DNA of 64,000 nucleotides from Eledone cirrhosa (GCA_964016885.1 OZ024740.1:34658001-34722000); one strand, 5' to 3'. Counted from the stretch's first letter, positions 1 through 13,222 are shown. Translations and numbers: made by a program. Notes: generated from the sequence alone by a model not told the origin.

Positions 1-1240
1 AACTACCACTGACACAGGAAGTAAAAACTATTGGATGGTTTCTTGTACCAACCACTGACACAGGAAGTAAAAACTATTGGATGGTTTCTTGTACCTACCA
101 CTGACACAGGAAGTAAATATATTGGATGGTTTCTTGTACCTACCACTGACACAGGAAGTAAATATATTGGATGGTTTCTTGTACCTACCACTGACACAGG
201 AAGTAAAATATATTGGATGGTTTCTTGTAACTTGCAATGACACAGGAAGTAAAAACTATTAGATGGTTCCTTGTAACTACCACTGACAGAGGAACTAAAA
301 ATTATTGGATTGCTTCAATAACACAGGAAATAATTATTATTGGATGGTTTCTTGTACCACCACTGTCACAGGAATTAAAATCTATTGGATCGTTTCTTGT
401 ACCAATCACTGACACAGGAGGTAAAAACTATTGGATGGTTTCTTGTAACTTGTAATGACACAGGAAGCAAAATTATTGGATCGTTTCTTGTACCAACCAC
501 TGACACAGGAAGTAAAAACTATTGGATGGTTTCTTGTACCTACCACTGACACAGGAATTAAAATATATTGGATGGTTTCTTGTAACTTGCAATGACACAG
601 GAAGTAAATCTATTGGATGGTTACTTGTACCTACCACTGACACAGGAAGTAAAAACTATTAGATGGTTCCTTGTAACTACCACTGACACAGGAAGTAAAT
701 CTTTTGGATGGTTTCTTGTACCAAGCACTGATACAGGAATTAAATGTAATGGATGGTTTCTTGTACCAACCACTGACACAGGAAGTAAATCTATTGGATG
801 GTTTCTTGTACCTTCCACTGTCACAGGAAGTAAATCTATTGGATGGTTTCTTGTACCTTCCACTGTCACAGGAAGTAAATCTATTGGATGGTTTCTTGTA
901 CCAACCACTGATACAGGAAGTAAATCTATTGGATGGTTTCTTGTAACTTGCAATGACACAGGAAGTAAATCTATTGGATGGTTTCTTGTACCTTCCACTG
1001 TCACAGGAAGTAAATCTATTGGATGGTTTCTTGTACCAACCACTGACACAGGAAGTAAATCTATTGGATGGTTTCTTGTACCTTCCACTGTCACAGGAAG
1101 TAAATCTATTGGATGGTTTCTTGTACCAACCACTGACGCAGGAAGTTAATCTATTGGATGGTTTCTTGTACCTACCACTGATACAGGAAGTAAAATCTAT
1201 TGGGTAGTTTCTTGTAACTATGATTGGTACAGGAAGTAAA
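1..1240. repeat. Minisatellite, 45-47 bp unit (CTATTGGATGGTTTCTTGTACC(A/T)(A/T)CCACTGACACAGGAAGTAAAT), runs off the left edge
   Basis: Tandem unit directly visible. The ORFs here have a 15-aa period (VVGTRNHPIDLLPVT), i.e. 45 nt. Confidence 0.95.
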
Positions 1241-1872
1241 AACCGACCCTGACACGAATGTTAGATTTGTTTGTACTAATATTTATATTTTGTGTTAAAT
1301 ATAGTAGATTACACACATACACTCACACATACATACATGCATATATACATAATACATACATACAAACATACACACACACACTGACATACACATACATACA
1401 TACCCAGTCCATTCTGAATGATGGTAGTACTGGTGTCGGTAATGCAAAAAGTGCATGCGAGTATTGCAAAAAGTGCATGCGAGCAAAACATGGTCACCAG
1501 ATCGGCCTAATCCCATTGCGTGATAGTCCTCTAATGCATGCATGTATGGAAAATAGACGTTAAATGTGATGATGATGATGATACTATACACATACATACA
1601 TACATAATTGTATTATTGTGCTTTTACCACAACCAGTGGATCCTACCAAAGCAATTGTTTTACCAGGTTCTGCAAAGAAGCTTATGCTATGCAAAACCTA
1701 CAACAGTGAAGGTTTTATGTAAATTAATCATGCATAATCATTGAAGATTTGTCACAATAAATAACATTATGATGTGGTTTAAACACACCGAAGATTTAGT
1801 TACACGCACACATACATACATACATACATACATACATACATACATACATACATACATACATACATACATACA

Positions 1873-2220
1873 TGATGGCTACCGCCTCGTTATCGAGTAT
1901 AGCCATTGCACAATATAACATTATTAATAATTATCAATTAATGCTATAGTGCAATGCCTGTGCCTAAAGATTTTTTTAAAGTGAGGAAAGACTGTAGACT
2001 GAGCCAATCCCACTCTCTGAGCGACAGTAGCTATAACCCGAAAAGAAGAAAAGATCAACATCATCGGTAACTATTCTGCCGCAGGTTTTATGTTGGAGTT
2101 ATCCCAGTTTATTGAATTGCTTTCTCCTGGAAGAATGCCCTGACAAAGGCTAGGGGTCCTTCACTCCCAGTGGTTTAACCGCACGATCGGGCAACTAGTC
2201 CAATTATTTCTATGTCCCCG
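1873..2220 (-). mobile_element. Short RTE-related non-autonomous fragment with (TGTA)n tail
   Basis: Minus-strand end ACTCGATAACGAGGCGGTAGCCATCA+(TGTA)n resembles the ends at 2237, 24010, 39170 and 44450. Confidence 0.55.
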
Positions 2221-2236
2221 CGCATACATACATACA

Positions 2237-3501
2237 TGATGGCTGCAAACTCTGCTAAGAGTATTGCAATCGCTTGTCAGATTCAGCTGTGTGACGCTCG
2301 AATATGACTTTTCAAGCCTGCTAGAGACTTGCACTCCTTCGCACACTGACGACAACTATGGATCTCCCTGGCCTTAGGTCTTGCATCAGGCTGCTTGTGA
2401 ATCCTCACAATACCGTGGAGATCATAGTTCACTGGTTCTCTTTGAACATGGTTGGGACTGTGGCTCCTGAGACCAGATTTGCTCAAGCATATTTTTCCAC
2501 ACCCAGGGCACTTCAATTCAATGGAGACACCGATAGTTTCGAGAGATACACCAGGGCATTGCTTACGCACATCCCGTTTGATCTTCTCGTGCTCTATGCG
2601 TCTGTCCTCAAAATTATGGACCCCATCATTCACCATTCCACGCCAAGTTTCGCTTTCAAGAGCTTCTATCTCACCATCAAACCAGTTTTTTTCAATGAGT
2701 CCTTTACACAATCCTTGAATCGGAGCCTTGGCTTGTGAGGTGGTCTCTTACTCTCACAAAGCTCGCCATACAAGAGTTATTTTGGGATTCGATCATCCTC
2801 CATTCTGCAGAGGTGTCCAGTCCATCGCAAACGCCGTTGGTGGATGATACTCTCAATACTCCGACACTCACTTCTCTCCAGGACCTCAACATCACTCACA
2901 AGCATATGCCACTTAATACCGAGCATCTTTCTGAGACACTGCTGGTGAAACCGTTCCAGTCTATAGATATGCCATTTGTAGGCAACCCATGTCTCACACG
3001 CATACAGAAAAGCTGGCAGTACACATGCAGCATACACTCTCACCTTGGGCCTCATTGTGATTCCTCGCCTGCACCAAAGATGGTCGCTGAGCCTTCCAAA
3101 TGACTCACTTGCTTTACTAACACGTAGACCAACTTCTGCATCCAGAGAGCAGGTCACACTCAGAGTACTCCCCAAATACACAAATGTGTCAGCAGCCTTC
3201 AGCTTTTGACCGTATACGTATATGGAGGGTTTATTGAAAACTTTGTCGTCATGTACTAACCTGCTACGGATAGTCTTCTTCAGACTGATTGACAGTACCA
3301 AAGCACTGCACGCATTGGAAAAAGAATTCATAAGGTGTTGCAGGACACTCTGGGAGTGTGCAAAGAGATCACAATCATCTGCATACAGAAATTATCTTAT
3401 TAAGATACTCAGTACCTTAGTGTTGTCAGTGAGACGCCTGAGGTTAAACAGCTTGCCGGAAGTGGGATATCTGAGATAGATACCATCTTGACAATCCTTG
3501 A
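2237..3501 (-). mobile_element. RTE-clade LINE, 5'-truncated and decayed (RT C-terminus plus C2H2 zinc fingers)
   Basis: Peptides GIYLRYPTSGKLFNLRRL, FVYLGSTLS, LYACETW, RRLRWTGHLCRMEDDRIPK and CRQCAKECKSLAGLKSH, with stops and frameshifts. Flanked by (TACA)n. Confidence 0.9.
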
Positions 3502-3780
3502 CATACATACATAAATACATAGATACATAAATACATACATACATGCATACATACATACAAAAATACATACATATATACGTACACATATACATATACATAT
3601 GATCCGCTTAAATAAACTAGAGAAAAGGATTTTTACACTTTGTTTCTCAAATATATTTATTAAAAATGAAGTTTTTCCTCTAATCATGCATTAAAACATT
3701 AAGCTGTTATATTGAATGAAATATTTACAGTTTTAACTAAATATTCATTTGATGTTATTTGTACTTTTATATTATTTCAG

Positions 3781-3805
3781 AGAATCAATGAGGAAAGCGA
3801 AGACA
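3781..3805 (+). CDS. ABCB1: ABCB1-like P-glycoprotein, 25-nt linker microexon (RINEESED+1 nt)
   Basis: Acceptor TTTTATATTATTTCAG and donor GTAAGT. The phase-1 end completes codon ACA with the first 2 nt of the 9410 exon. Acidic, linker-like peptide. Confidence 0.65.
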
Positions 3806-3844
3806 GTAAGTTACATAATAGCAAAACAGTTTTATATCCTGTTT

Positions 3845-4240
3845 CTACCATCTTCTTTTCAATCCCCGAGGTAATAACAAACAAACGCTCGATTTGTTTG
3901 GGTCGATCTCGTTATAAAGAATTGTTCGTTACAACGAATTTTTTTATACCCCGTGAATTTCGTTATAACGGAATTTCCCTGTATTATCTTACAACCTTTA
4001 TTCCTAAGTTACTTGCAGAACTTACAGTTACCCAAGAAGCAATCTTCAAATATGGCCATTTGCATACAGGTAAAATTCCGTTATAACAAATACCATTATA
4101 ACGAATTTTTCAGTATAACGAGTTTTTTTCAATCCCTGATATAATAACAAACAAACGCTCGATTTGTTTCGGTCGATCTCGTTATAAAGAATTTTTCGTT
4201 ACAACGAATTATTTTATACCCTTATAACGGAATCTCACTA
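3845..4240. mobile_element. Two adjacent pogo/Tigger-type MITE copies (about 3845-3981 partial, about 4067-4240)
   Basis: TIR TA|CAGG(T/G)AAAATTCCGTTATAAC at 4065 and its reverse complement at 3962-3983 and about 4222-4242. About 100 bp of internal sequence is duplicated. Confidence 0.65.
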
Positions 4241-4349
4241 TATAAGGTAAACCTCGAGATATCAACCATAATCTTTAAAAATCAGATCGTGAATTTTCTT
4301 TAAAGACACTCTTAATAAATAAATCATCAAGTTACTACTTAGGGCAAAT

Positions 4350-4530
4350 CCAGATATGCATCAAACCGGTTACAGCCCTTGCAGCATAGAGTTACGGCCC
4401 TTTATGACTTGAGTTCAGATCACGCTGAGGTTAGCGTTACCTTTCATCCTTACGGGGTCATACAATAAAGCACCAGTAATGCACTGGGGTAATTGCTGGC
4501 CTTCTACTAAATGAAGAAACAATTATATTC
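4350..4530 (+). mobile_element. SINE copy (family with core CCTTTCATCCTTACGGGGTCGATAAAATAAAGTACCAG)
   Basis: Same core recurs at about 16120, 44570, 44783, 45345, 45525, 46027, 50820 and 54920. B-box-like GAGTTCAAAT in several copies. Confidence 0.8.
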
Positions 4531-5204
4531 TAAACTAAAAAAAGTACTTCATATTCTGTTTATAACCTCTTCTATTAAATTGACGCTCTTTCGAACAGCA
4601 TCAAAGTTGATAAAGAGTTGTACAAGTGTGATGGCTGGTTGGACTTCATTGTTGTTGGTGTTGGTGTTGGTGTTGTTGTTGTTGTTGTTGTGGTGGTGGT
4701 GGTGGTGGGGTGGTGGTGGTGGTGGTGGTATTGATAATGTAGGTATGGTTAGATAAGGAAACCATTGGCACCAGGTGAAACATACCAGTTTTTATTGTAG
4801 GGTGGATATTTTCTTCTATTTTTCTCTTCCTCCGTACACAGACCTCTTGTGGGGGTTTGCTGCCCACCGTCACCTGACGAGGTCTCGGATTCATAGAAGT
4901 TTAAGTCCGAGAAAACGGAGAGGTATATTTGTGTGTGTATTTGTATTTATGTTTAGCTGGGGGGGGGGGAAAGAGAGAACTGTTGTGATACTGGGTAGAG
5001 AGGATGTGATAGAAACCCGGCTTCGGTGGAGCCCTGATCAATGTGGATCAGTCGAAAGCCTATTTTCGAGGATTATGTAGCATTCACATCTGGTTGTCTG
5101 TGTGGAGTAGGAGGCAGTGTCGTTTCGGAAATGTTTGGGTTTCAAAGTAAGGACGATATTCCTGGGCCTAGAATTATGTTGGTGGTAGTGCTGGGCGTTC
5201 CATC

Positions 5205-6190
5205 AATAGATGTACCAATAAGGTTACATCATTAGATACACGAGTAAAGTTACATTAATACATGTACCACTGAAGTTATATCAGCAGATGTACCAATGAA
5301 GTTATATCAGCAGATGTACCAATGAAGTTATATCAACAGATGTACCATTGAAGTTATATCAACAGATGTACCAATGAAGTTATATCAGCAGATGTACCAA
5401 TGAAGTTATATCAACAGATGTACCATTGAAGTTATATCAACAGATGTACCAATGAAGTTGTATCAGCAGTTGTACCAATGAAGTTATATCAACAGATGTA
5501 CCACTGAAGTTATATCAGCAGATGTACCAATGAAGTTATATCAGCAGATGTACCAATGAAGTTATATCAACAGATGTACCATTGAAGTTATATCAACAGA
5601 TGTACCAATGAAGTTATATCAGCAGATGTACCAATGAAGTTATATCAACAGATGTACCATTGAAGTTATATCAACAGATGTACCAATGAAGTTGTATCAG
5701 CAGTTGTACCAATGAAGTTATATCAACAGATGTACCACTGAAGTTATATCAGCAGATGTACCAATGAAGTTGTATCAGCAGTTGTACCAATGAAGTTGTA
5801 TCAACAGATGTACCACTGAAGTTATATCAGCAGATGTACCAATGAAGTTATATCAGCAGATGTACCAATGAAGTTATATCAACAGATGTACCATTGAAGT
5901 TATATCAACAGATGTACCAATGACGTTATATCAACAGATGTACCAATGACGTTATATCAACAGATGTACCAATGACGTTATATCAACAGATGTACCAATG
6001 ACGTTATATCAACAGATGTACCAATGACGTTATATCAACAGATGTACCAATGACGTTATATCAACAGATGTACCAATGACGTTATATCAACAGATGTACC
6101 AATGACGTTATATCAACAGATGTACCAATGAAGTTGTATCAACAGATGTACCAATGACGTTATATCAACAGATGTACCAATGAAGTTCCA
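5205..6190. repeat. Minisatellite, 26-bp unit GATGTACCAATGAAGTTATATCAACA, about 35 copies
   Basis: Tandem unit directly visible, with diagnostic variants. Confidence 0.97.
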
Positions 6191-6463
6191 ACGAAGAAAC
6201 CTTTCATAAATTTCACCAGAAAACAAATACTCCCTTTCTTTCCTCAACTTCCTTTCCAAGTGGTAGTTGAAAATGTTGATAAAGGCTTGGCCTGTGTTCG
6301 CAAACTTTTCATTCGTGTTCATCACACAACTTATTTCGCAATAGCCACCAAACAGGGCAAAACTTGTGCCCTTCCTTGCCGAGAGAAGGCGGCAAGTTGA
6401 TTTTCAATAGAGATTCGGCTAATAACCGAATGCGTCTCACACGCGATAGCGGATGTTCGACGA

Positions 6464-6900
6464 CCGTGGGGCTGGACCGAGGGGATGGCAAAAGGCCACA
6501 CGGTATGATCACCTTCCCGTTCCGCGGTGGCAAACCCCTCGTCTGGGATGTCACTTGCAGCGACACTTTCTCCAGCCGCAACCTGGTGCAGTCTGCGACT
6601 AACCCAGGTTCTGTTGCACGTCGGGCTGAGGAGGCCAAACTCTCCAAATACCGGTCGCTCTCCAACAGGTTTGCGGTTGTACCCTTGGCAGTGGAGACTT
6701 CTGGTGTCCTTGGCCCTAGGACTACCTCCCTATTCACCACCATAGGCGCTGAGCTAGCCAGCTGCAGGTGTGAGCCTCGCGAGTTGGAATGGCTCTTCCA
6801 GCGCATTTCCCTTACCATCCTCCGGGGAAACGCCTTCTCCATCCTGTCTGCCGGGGCTGTGGGGAGGCCAGCACGTGGGACCCCATTTGCTCACCATACG
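6464..6900 (+). mobile_element. CRE-clade non-LTR retrotransposon, 3' fragment (restriction-like endonuclease)
   Basis: GLDRGDGKRP(H)GMITFPF..GKPLVWDVTCSDTF...VPLAVETSG...FQRISL...RGNA. Confidence 0.85.
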
Positions 6901-7589
6901 GATTAATAGGCAAAGTTATAAACTATTGTAAATAAATATTTATATATGCAAAAAAAAAGCTTACAAATCTGCAACGCACGTTGACTGGACGATGGCGTGC
7001 AGGATGGTCTCGTCTCTCTGCATGTCACTCGGATAAGTTCGGTTGTTGGCACTTCTGTGCTCGTAGAGCTTGTTTCCAACAGGTAATTCCCATCCCCATC
7101 TCTGTAGTACAGCCGATCCAAACACTTTGGAAATTGTTCATGAAACGCGCGGCATTTATTCGGTGGTCGAATGAAAAGATCACTCCTCGGAGTTTTTCGA
7201 GCGACATGCTCAGTCCATCAGTGATGTCACCCCACTTCTCTCCTGTGTATGTTGGTACTGTAACTATTCCTGCAGAACAAAATGAAGGTCATCCCTCTGG
7301 AACTGGTTCATTTTGACAATCGAATAGAAAAGTGAGATTTTATAGTATCGGGGTCACAGTGAAAACGAGAGAATTGGTCAAAAGTACAAAATGTTATCGA
7401 TTGAATAGCATAAAACTACCTAAACACGCTTTTTAGTAATTATGTTCAGTATGGTTTCCTTTATTCACGATAAAATTAGTTATCCGAGCAAAATACTGAA
7501 CACCATTCATTCTTTCAGGTTTGATAAAACATGAGGAGTCGATTAAATCGACCAAATTTATTCTTCAAATTATGTCAATACTTACTTTA

Positions 7590-8060
7590 ATGACCTGTGA
7601 CACTTCGATGCAGATGATATCACTTATCACTCGTTCTTAACCATAAGCACACTGACATCATCTATGTGCAATCTTGACACCTCACCTTTGTGACACGCAC
7701 CTCGAAATCTTCTCCAAATTTAATCAATAGTTCAAAGACACGACCAAAGAGAAACAACTTGTACCTTACACAAGTCTTGGACAATATGAAATAAAAAATA
7801 AAAAATTTAACGCTAGGTTTCTGAATCCCTGAAAGGCCAGAGATTATTTCTGCTCCAAACAACTGCTGACTTTCCACAAAGCTCATTTGAGACAAACAAT
7901 GGAATACAGCTCCCACATCGGCGATGGTCCTACTATTGCACACAAAATACTCTTCGATCAATACCAAACGAAGGTCATCTGACTGGACTCATTTACTTCC
8001 ACACTCTAGCCTCTTTTCCCTAGTCTTCTTATTTTACGGTTACTTTAATGGCCTCTTCTC
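7590..8060 (+). mobile_element. Decayed CR1/Jockey-group LINE RT fragment
   Basis: ADD-like motif near 7610 and a YKA.LR.TMEYSSHI-like stretch near 7875-7920. Heavily degenerate. Confidence 0.45.
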
Positions 8061-9409
8061 TGCTTTTCAGCGTTGAGCACCAACCAAAGCTAATTTGACA
8101 ATGTTGTATGGAGTATTTTAACTGTATTAATCGAGGTACGACTGATCTCGAGGGATGATATCTGTATTCTCGACTCACTGATTCTTTCGATAACTGACCA
8201 AGAGTGCATGAAAGCCAAACAAGAAAACATCGCAAGAATGACCAACAAATTGCACCCCACTGATTGTCAAGCAGCACTCTTTCTGTTAACGAACTACTTC
8301 GCTCCCTTGAAATTACTCTTTTCGTTGCGTAGTGCTTCAAGCTAGTAATACACTCGAAAGATGCCTTCATCACGCAGTCATTTTAATGCCGGTCGTTGGC
8401 GTTTATTGAAACAAGTTGTTCAACTGAGTCTGTAGAGTGGTTTTGTGTTTTAGATGTCGTGTATATTCATTTAACGCAATTTAGATAATTCTATATAACT
8501 GTCAAAGTTTATTCTTAAATATCTGATGCATTCCAACTGGGATTTTCTAAGATAAAGTTTAGCTTTACAAGCGGTTAAGAAGCTATTAAAACATTTATGC
8601 AGCGACGAAGAGAATTTCCGCTATGTTCTAATCAAATAGAACAAGTCTTGGCACTTTACTGGCATTGAAAAAACTTATTTTGGGACACTCTGAATCTGGT
8701 GATTAGTCCATATGTGTTTAGAGATAATTACTTTTTATATTAAACTGTGTTTAGTTCCTGATTAGAGAAATAAAGCAAATATTCTTACCGCTTGGTCTAT
8801 CGCTATTTACAGACGTTAAACATGAATAAATTTCATCCTTATATCATACTTTGTTTATAGCTTAATCTTTGGAGCAAATAATCTATTCACAACTCTTCAA
8901 TGTCTGACATGACTGGATAGGGATAGCTGCCTACTAAGTTTATTTTTAAATTAGAACTTTTGGAAAAACAGTGTTTGAGGGAAAGTAGGGTGGCAGGGAG
9001 CTTGAGTGTAGCAGTTCGTGTTTTTTATATAATTTAAATCTATATCATATATTTCAAAATTGATTTTTAATCTAGGGTCATAGATTATAATCAAACTTTT
9101 TAATTGCCAATGAAATTAAAGGTCGCTTTACTAGTCTTTCTTACCTTTGACCCGAGGATGTACACACGTGGTTTATTTCAGTTTAATATAAACATAATCC
9201 ACGTGGAATATTTTTTATATTGTATATTTTTATCTAACTATCTATTAGACTGATTAAAAATAATCTATAAACATTTGTTTCAAAATTTGGTTATTTATAT
9301 AATGACCAATTTGAAAGTGTTTCAAAAGAAGCTGTATGACTTCTGGAAGTGATAAGTTGCATAATCACGTAGCCTATTCTAATCAAGTATTTTTACTTTT
9401 ATTTTGAAG

Positions 9410-9507
9410 CAAACAATACAGAAAAAGCGTCCACAGAACAGCGTGAAAGAGTGAAATCAATTGCATCCGATGACGAAGAAACAATGGACGAAGTATTATC
9501 GGAAGAG
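9410..9507 (+). CDS. ABCB1: ABCB1-like linker exon (NNTEKASTEQRERVKSIASDDEETMDEVLSEE)
   Basis: Acceptor TTTTATTTTGAAG and donor GAG|GTTTGA. 98 nt, phase 1 to 0, in frame with the 15650 exon. Confidence 0.75.
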
Positions 9508-9754
9508 GTTTGACATGTTTTAAATTACATTTATTCATGGCAGTGTATAGAAGTGTATAAACATAGTTACATCACACTTAATCTAAGATGATGTTCGTGA
9601 GATGTGTAATGAACACATTTTGAATTTGATGTGAACGTAACTTTGAACTTACGAATATTTGTATTATTATTAATTCTACGTGGAACCAATATATTCTTTA
9701 CTTTTACAGCACAATTTTGAACCGGGGAAAATTTTAAGAAACAACGTCCCGGAC

Positions 9755-10012
9755 GGTAAATTCACAGAAAAACAGCTGTTCGGTGGGAAATTATTCTTTT
9801 TCATAGTTGTATTTTTCGTGTATTTTCAACGAATCTGACCTGCGAATCTGTCGGAAACGACTTTTCTTTTAGAAAAAGGAAGGCGGTTTTCTAAAAAAAA
9901 ACGAGACGTATCTGACTGATTTGGAGGTCAAATTCGTTGAAAACATAAAAAAGGCTAGGAAAAAGAACAATTTCTCACCGAACGGCCGAGGAGTTTATTC
10001 TGTAAATTTATC
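9755..10012. mobile_element. Imperfect palindromic (fold-back) MITE-like element, centre about 9880
   Basis: Arms GTTCGGTGGGAAATTATTCTTTTT / AAAAAGAACAATTTCTCACCGAAC and TTTTCAACGAATCTGACC / GGTCAAATTCGTTGAAAA. Confidence 0.65.
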
Positions 10013-10074
10013 TCTAGCGGTTCAATTCTCTTTCAATCACGAAAAGAACCATGGATTTTAGTTTAAGCTTAACC

Positions 10075-11875
10075 CAGCTTGTCATTTATGAACTCGGAGG
10101 TGATGGGGAGATACAACATAGAAGTAAGCAACGAATTTGAAGCACTCCAACTACTTCAAGAACAGAGAATGCCAGAAGAGCTGTTTACGACACTCAAGGA
10201 GACAGTAAAGACAGTAGCGGAGGAAGTGTTTGGGAACGAGTCAAAAAGACCGAGGAAAGCGTGGATCTCTAAAGCCACTCTCCATCTAATGGACGAGCGC
10301 AAAAAACTCGAACGTACCAGGGCTACTTCCGAGTTTAATGAAACAAAGTACCAGGAATTGGATAAAGCAGTACAGAGGGAAGCCAGAGAGTACAAGGCAA
10401 CATAGTTGAAAGAGCAGTGTGTTGAGGTTGGGGAGGCATTGCAGATACATAATATACGGAAGGCATACAGTGTCATAAAGTCACTAAAAAAAGGCTTCCA
10501 TGTAAAACAAAGAAATATTGAGGACGATGAAGGAATGGTCCTGACTAATCTTCAGGACATTCTTAAAGGTGGAAGGAATAAGGTGAAAGACTAAGGGGAG
10601 GCAACTAATCAATAAGTCGATGTTGGAGGGGATGAATTTCCATCCATTCTGGAATCAGAAGTCAGGGAGTCTTTGAATAGGATGCCTAACAATAAAGCTG
10701 CTGGTATCGATGACCTGCCTGTAGGGCTTTTCAAGATAGACAACGAAACAAAGATTAAGATATTGTGCTGACTATGCAACAGAATTGTAGAAACAGGCAA
10801 GTGACCTGCCAATTGGAAGAAGGCAGTTTTTATTCCCATACCAAAGATTGCCACACTATCCACACTAGCAAGATCCTCTCTTAGAGAGAACGCATAGAAC
10901 GGTAGAAGAACAATGTGCGGACGAACAAATGGGTTTCAGAATGGATCAGATTTTCAATATCAGAATTATCATGGAAAAAACAAGGGAGTTTAATGTGCCT
11001 TTGTATTTAGCATTTGTAGATTACAAAAAGGCATTTGACTCTGTATTACATTCAACGCTTTGGAACGTATTGAAGAGGATGGGGTGAATGGCTCAATGGT
11101 GAAATTATTAAAGAATCTGCATCACGAGCAACAAGCTGCTGCAGTGACTGGAAAAAGAATTCACAGAATGGTTCACTGTAAACAGATGAGTTCAACAGGG
11201 ATGTCTGGTGTCACCTTTGGCATTCAATTTTTACTCTGAAAAAGTAATAAGAAAGTCAGTAGATATGCTCTCTTGGATCGAGGTTACTGTTGGTGGGAAA
11301 TAGATCAACAACCTGCCGTATGCTGAACATATAATGCTCATAGCAAACACTGCTGGCTAAAATTTACAGAATTTCAAAGGAATATAGTCTGGAGATCAAC
11401 ATCAAAAAGACAAAAGTAATGGCAGCAACTAGACAGAAGGAAGAAATGACTATAAGGTGATAGGCTTGAACAAGTCGAGAAGTTCAATACTTGAGCAGAC
11501 GGCAAAGATGAAGCTGGGAAATAAGGGCGAAACAAGCAACTGGAAGAACAGTTCTGAGCACACTCAGCAGCCTCTGGAAGATAGAGCTCTTACAAAGTCC
11601 TCAAATAAGAAAGTAATCAAAACATTAGTGTGGGAGGTAGCTTTACATGGTTGTGAATCAAGGACTTTAAAGGCATCTGACTTGAAACAACTGAGTGCAT
11701 TTGAAATGTTATGCTATAGGTGTGAACTCAGAATTAGCTGGACAGATGATATTAAGGAATGGACAGGAGGGAGTTTGGTGGAATGTACAGCAATGGCAAG
11801 AGACAGGAAAAGATAGAGAGTACTGGTCCATAAGTTCATGACCCCCGACCCTCAAATATGAGGATGGGATAGAGA
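10075..11875 (+). mobile_element. RTE-clade LINE, decayed
   Basis: YNIEVSNEFEAL, KAWISKATLHLMDERK, FVDYKKAFDS and ALHGCES..LK..D.K.L.AFEMLCYR, with many stops. Confidence 0.88.
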
Positions 11876-11884
11876 AGAACATAT

Positions 11885-12054
11885 ATATATCATGAAGGAA
11901 GTGTTGTAAGGAACTAGGTGGACCATAACGCACCAGAGTACTCGATACTATGGGTAGTAGAGTGGGTAATAGGAAAAGTGTCAGACCCCGATGGCTGAGC
12001 TCCGGTCGTTTCGACAGCAATTTCTGAACGCTGTCGGGGTTCTGACTCTTTTCT

Positions 12055-12056
<2 letters not shown>
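11885..12056 (-). mobile_element. Penelope-type pseudo-LTR fragment (family shared with 37970-38160 and 48965-49130)
   Basis: Shared sequence GGACC..AACGCACCAGAGTACTCGATAC...GTGGGTAATAGGAAAA...GAGCTC...GTTTCGAC. Bounded by (TA)n. Confidence 0.65.
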
Positions 12057-12085
<29 letters not shown>

Positions 12086-12301
12086 AAATTTCGCTCTACA
12101 TGGCTGAATACAATAAATGTAATCTGAGTTTTTCGAATATTAATAATAACATTCGATTCGTTTGCAATTATGCAAACAAGCCTCAATTTTATGCAGATCT
12201 GACTGATCAGCCAGTCTGCTAATATGCAAATCAGGCCGATCAGTCACTGTGTACTTTTGAAAATAGCATATATTTTCACTAGCTCTGATAGCTTGTCAGG
12301 T

Positions 12302-12363
12302 GAACAGTGAGCTGTACTGATGAAGGGTGATACCCAGAAACATTAGTGTCTGCAGTTCTGTTC
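12302..12363 (+). ncRNA. Type I hammerhead ribozyme (canonical CUGAUGA core)
   Basis: Stem I GAGCTGTA/TGCAGTTC extended by GAACAG/CTGTTC; CTGATGA 12317-23; stem II GGGT/ACCC; GAAAC 12337-41; stem III ACA/TGT; GUC site 12348-50. Confidence 0.8.
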
Positions 12364-12808
12364 GCATGCCAACACAAGAGCAAGAATGAAGGGTTCATTC
12401 TACTGACATGGCTATACAATTGAGGCTTGTTTGCAAAATTGCAAACGAATCGAATGTTAATATTCGAAAAACTCAGATTACATTAATTATATATATATAT
12501 ATATATATTAGAATTGGTGCTCTGAAATAGCTATATATATATGAATGTATATATAGTGTATGTTGCAATACACTGTATGCTTAATTAAGTGAGTCTGTCA
12601 CTACTCTAAAACAATAGCATAAGGTCTTAGAAATGCTTTTAATTAAGCATACAGTGTATTGCAAAATACACTGTATGTACATTCATATATATATATAGCT
12701 ATTTCAGAGCACCAATTCTAATTTTCAATTTCTGCTTGACCGGCAACCGCTCTGTATAATCAGTTCCTGATTATTTACTAGAATTCTATAAGAACCAAAC
12801 ATCCATGA

Positions 12809-12900
12809 TTTCAGCAAACAGGAGGAGTAGTTGGCTTTGATAAGCATCAATAAATGCGAAACAAGGCCTTGTCAGCTTTATCTCCCCCTGTTTGCTGAAA
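12809..12900 (+). ncRNA. Type I hammerhead ribozyme, U3-A8 core variant, copy 1
   Basis: GGCT-TTGATAA-GCAT(CAATAA)ATGC-GAAAC-AAGGCCTT-GTC-AGCT, with distal stem I TTTCAGCAAACAGG/CCTGTTTGCTGAAA. Confidence 0.82.
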
Positions 12901-13130
12901 ATTAAAGTAAGTGAGTCTGTCACTACTCTAAAACAATAGCATAAGGTCTTAGAAATGCTTTTAATTAAGCATAGAGTGTATTGCAAAATACACTGTATAT
13001 ACATTCATATATATATATAGCTATTTCAGAGCACCAATTCTAATTTTCAATTTCTGCTTGACCGGCAACCGCTCTGTATAATCAGTTCCTGATTATTTAC
13101 TAGAATTCTATAAAAACCAAACATCCATGA

Positions 13131-13222
13131 TTTCAGCAAACAGAGGGAGTAGTTGGCTTTGATAAGCATCAATAAATGCGAAACAAGGCCTTGTCAGCTT
13201 TATTTCCCCCTGTTTGCTGAAA
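13131..13222 (+). ncRNA. Type I hammerhead ribozyme, U3-A8 core variant, copy 2
   Basis: Core identical to copy 1: TTGATAA 13159-65, GAAAC 13180-84, GTC 13193-95. Confidence 0.82.

Noticed and set aside
1-1240. CRISPR-like array or repeat-protein ORFs
   Set aside because: Units are contiguous with no unique spacers, and ORFs in several frames on both strands follow simply from the 45-nt period.
4646-4730. PolyQ/polyP protein exon
   Set aside because: Trinucleotide microsatellite with no supporting splice context or domain.
4822-4925. Possible type III hammerhead (CTCCGTA...CTGACGA...GAAAACGGAG)
   Set aside because: Stem I does not form, the GAAA spacing is wrong, and an alternative helix AGACCTC/GAGGTCT sequesters the core.
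6903-7316. Short GC-richer ORFs on both strands
   Set aside because: No recognisable motif; probably an unclassified repeat fragment.
12690-12770. Minus-strand CTGATTA...GAAATAGCTATA hammerhead
   Set aside because: The 3-8 pair is broken and there is no stem I. The plus-strand motif in the same unit fits far better.
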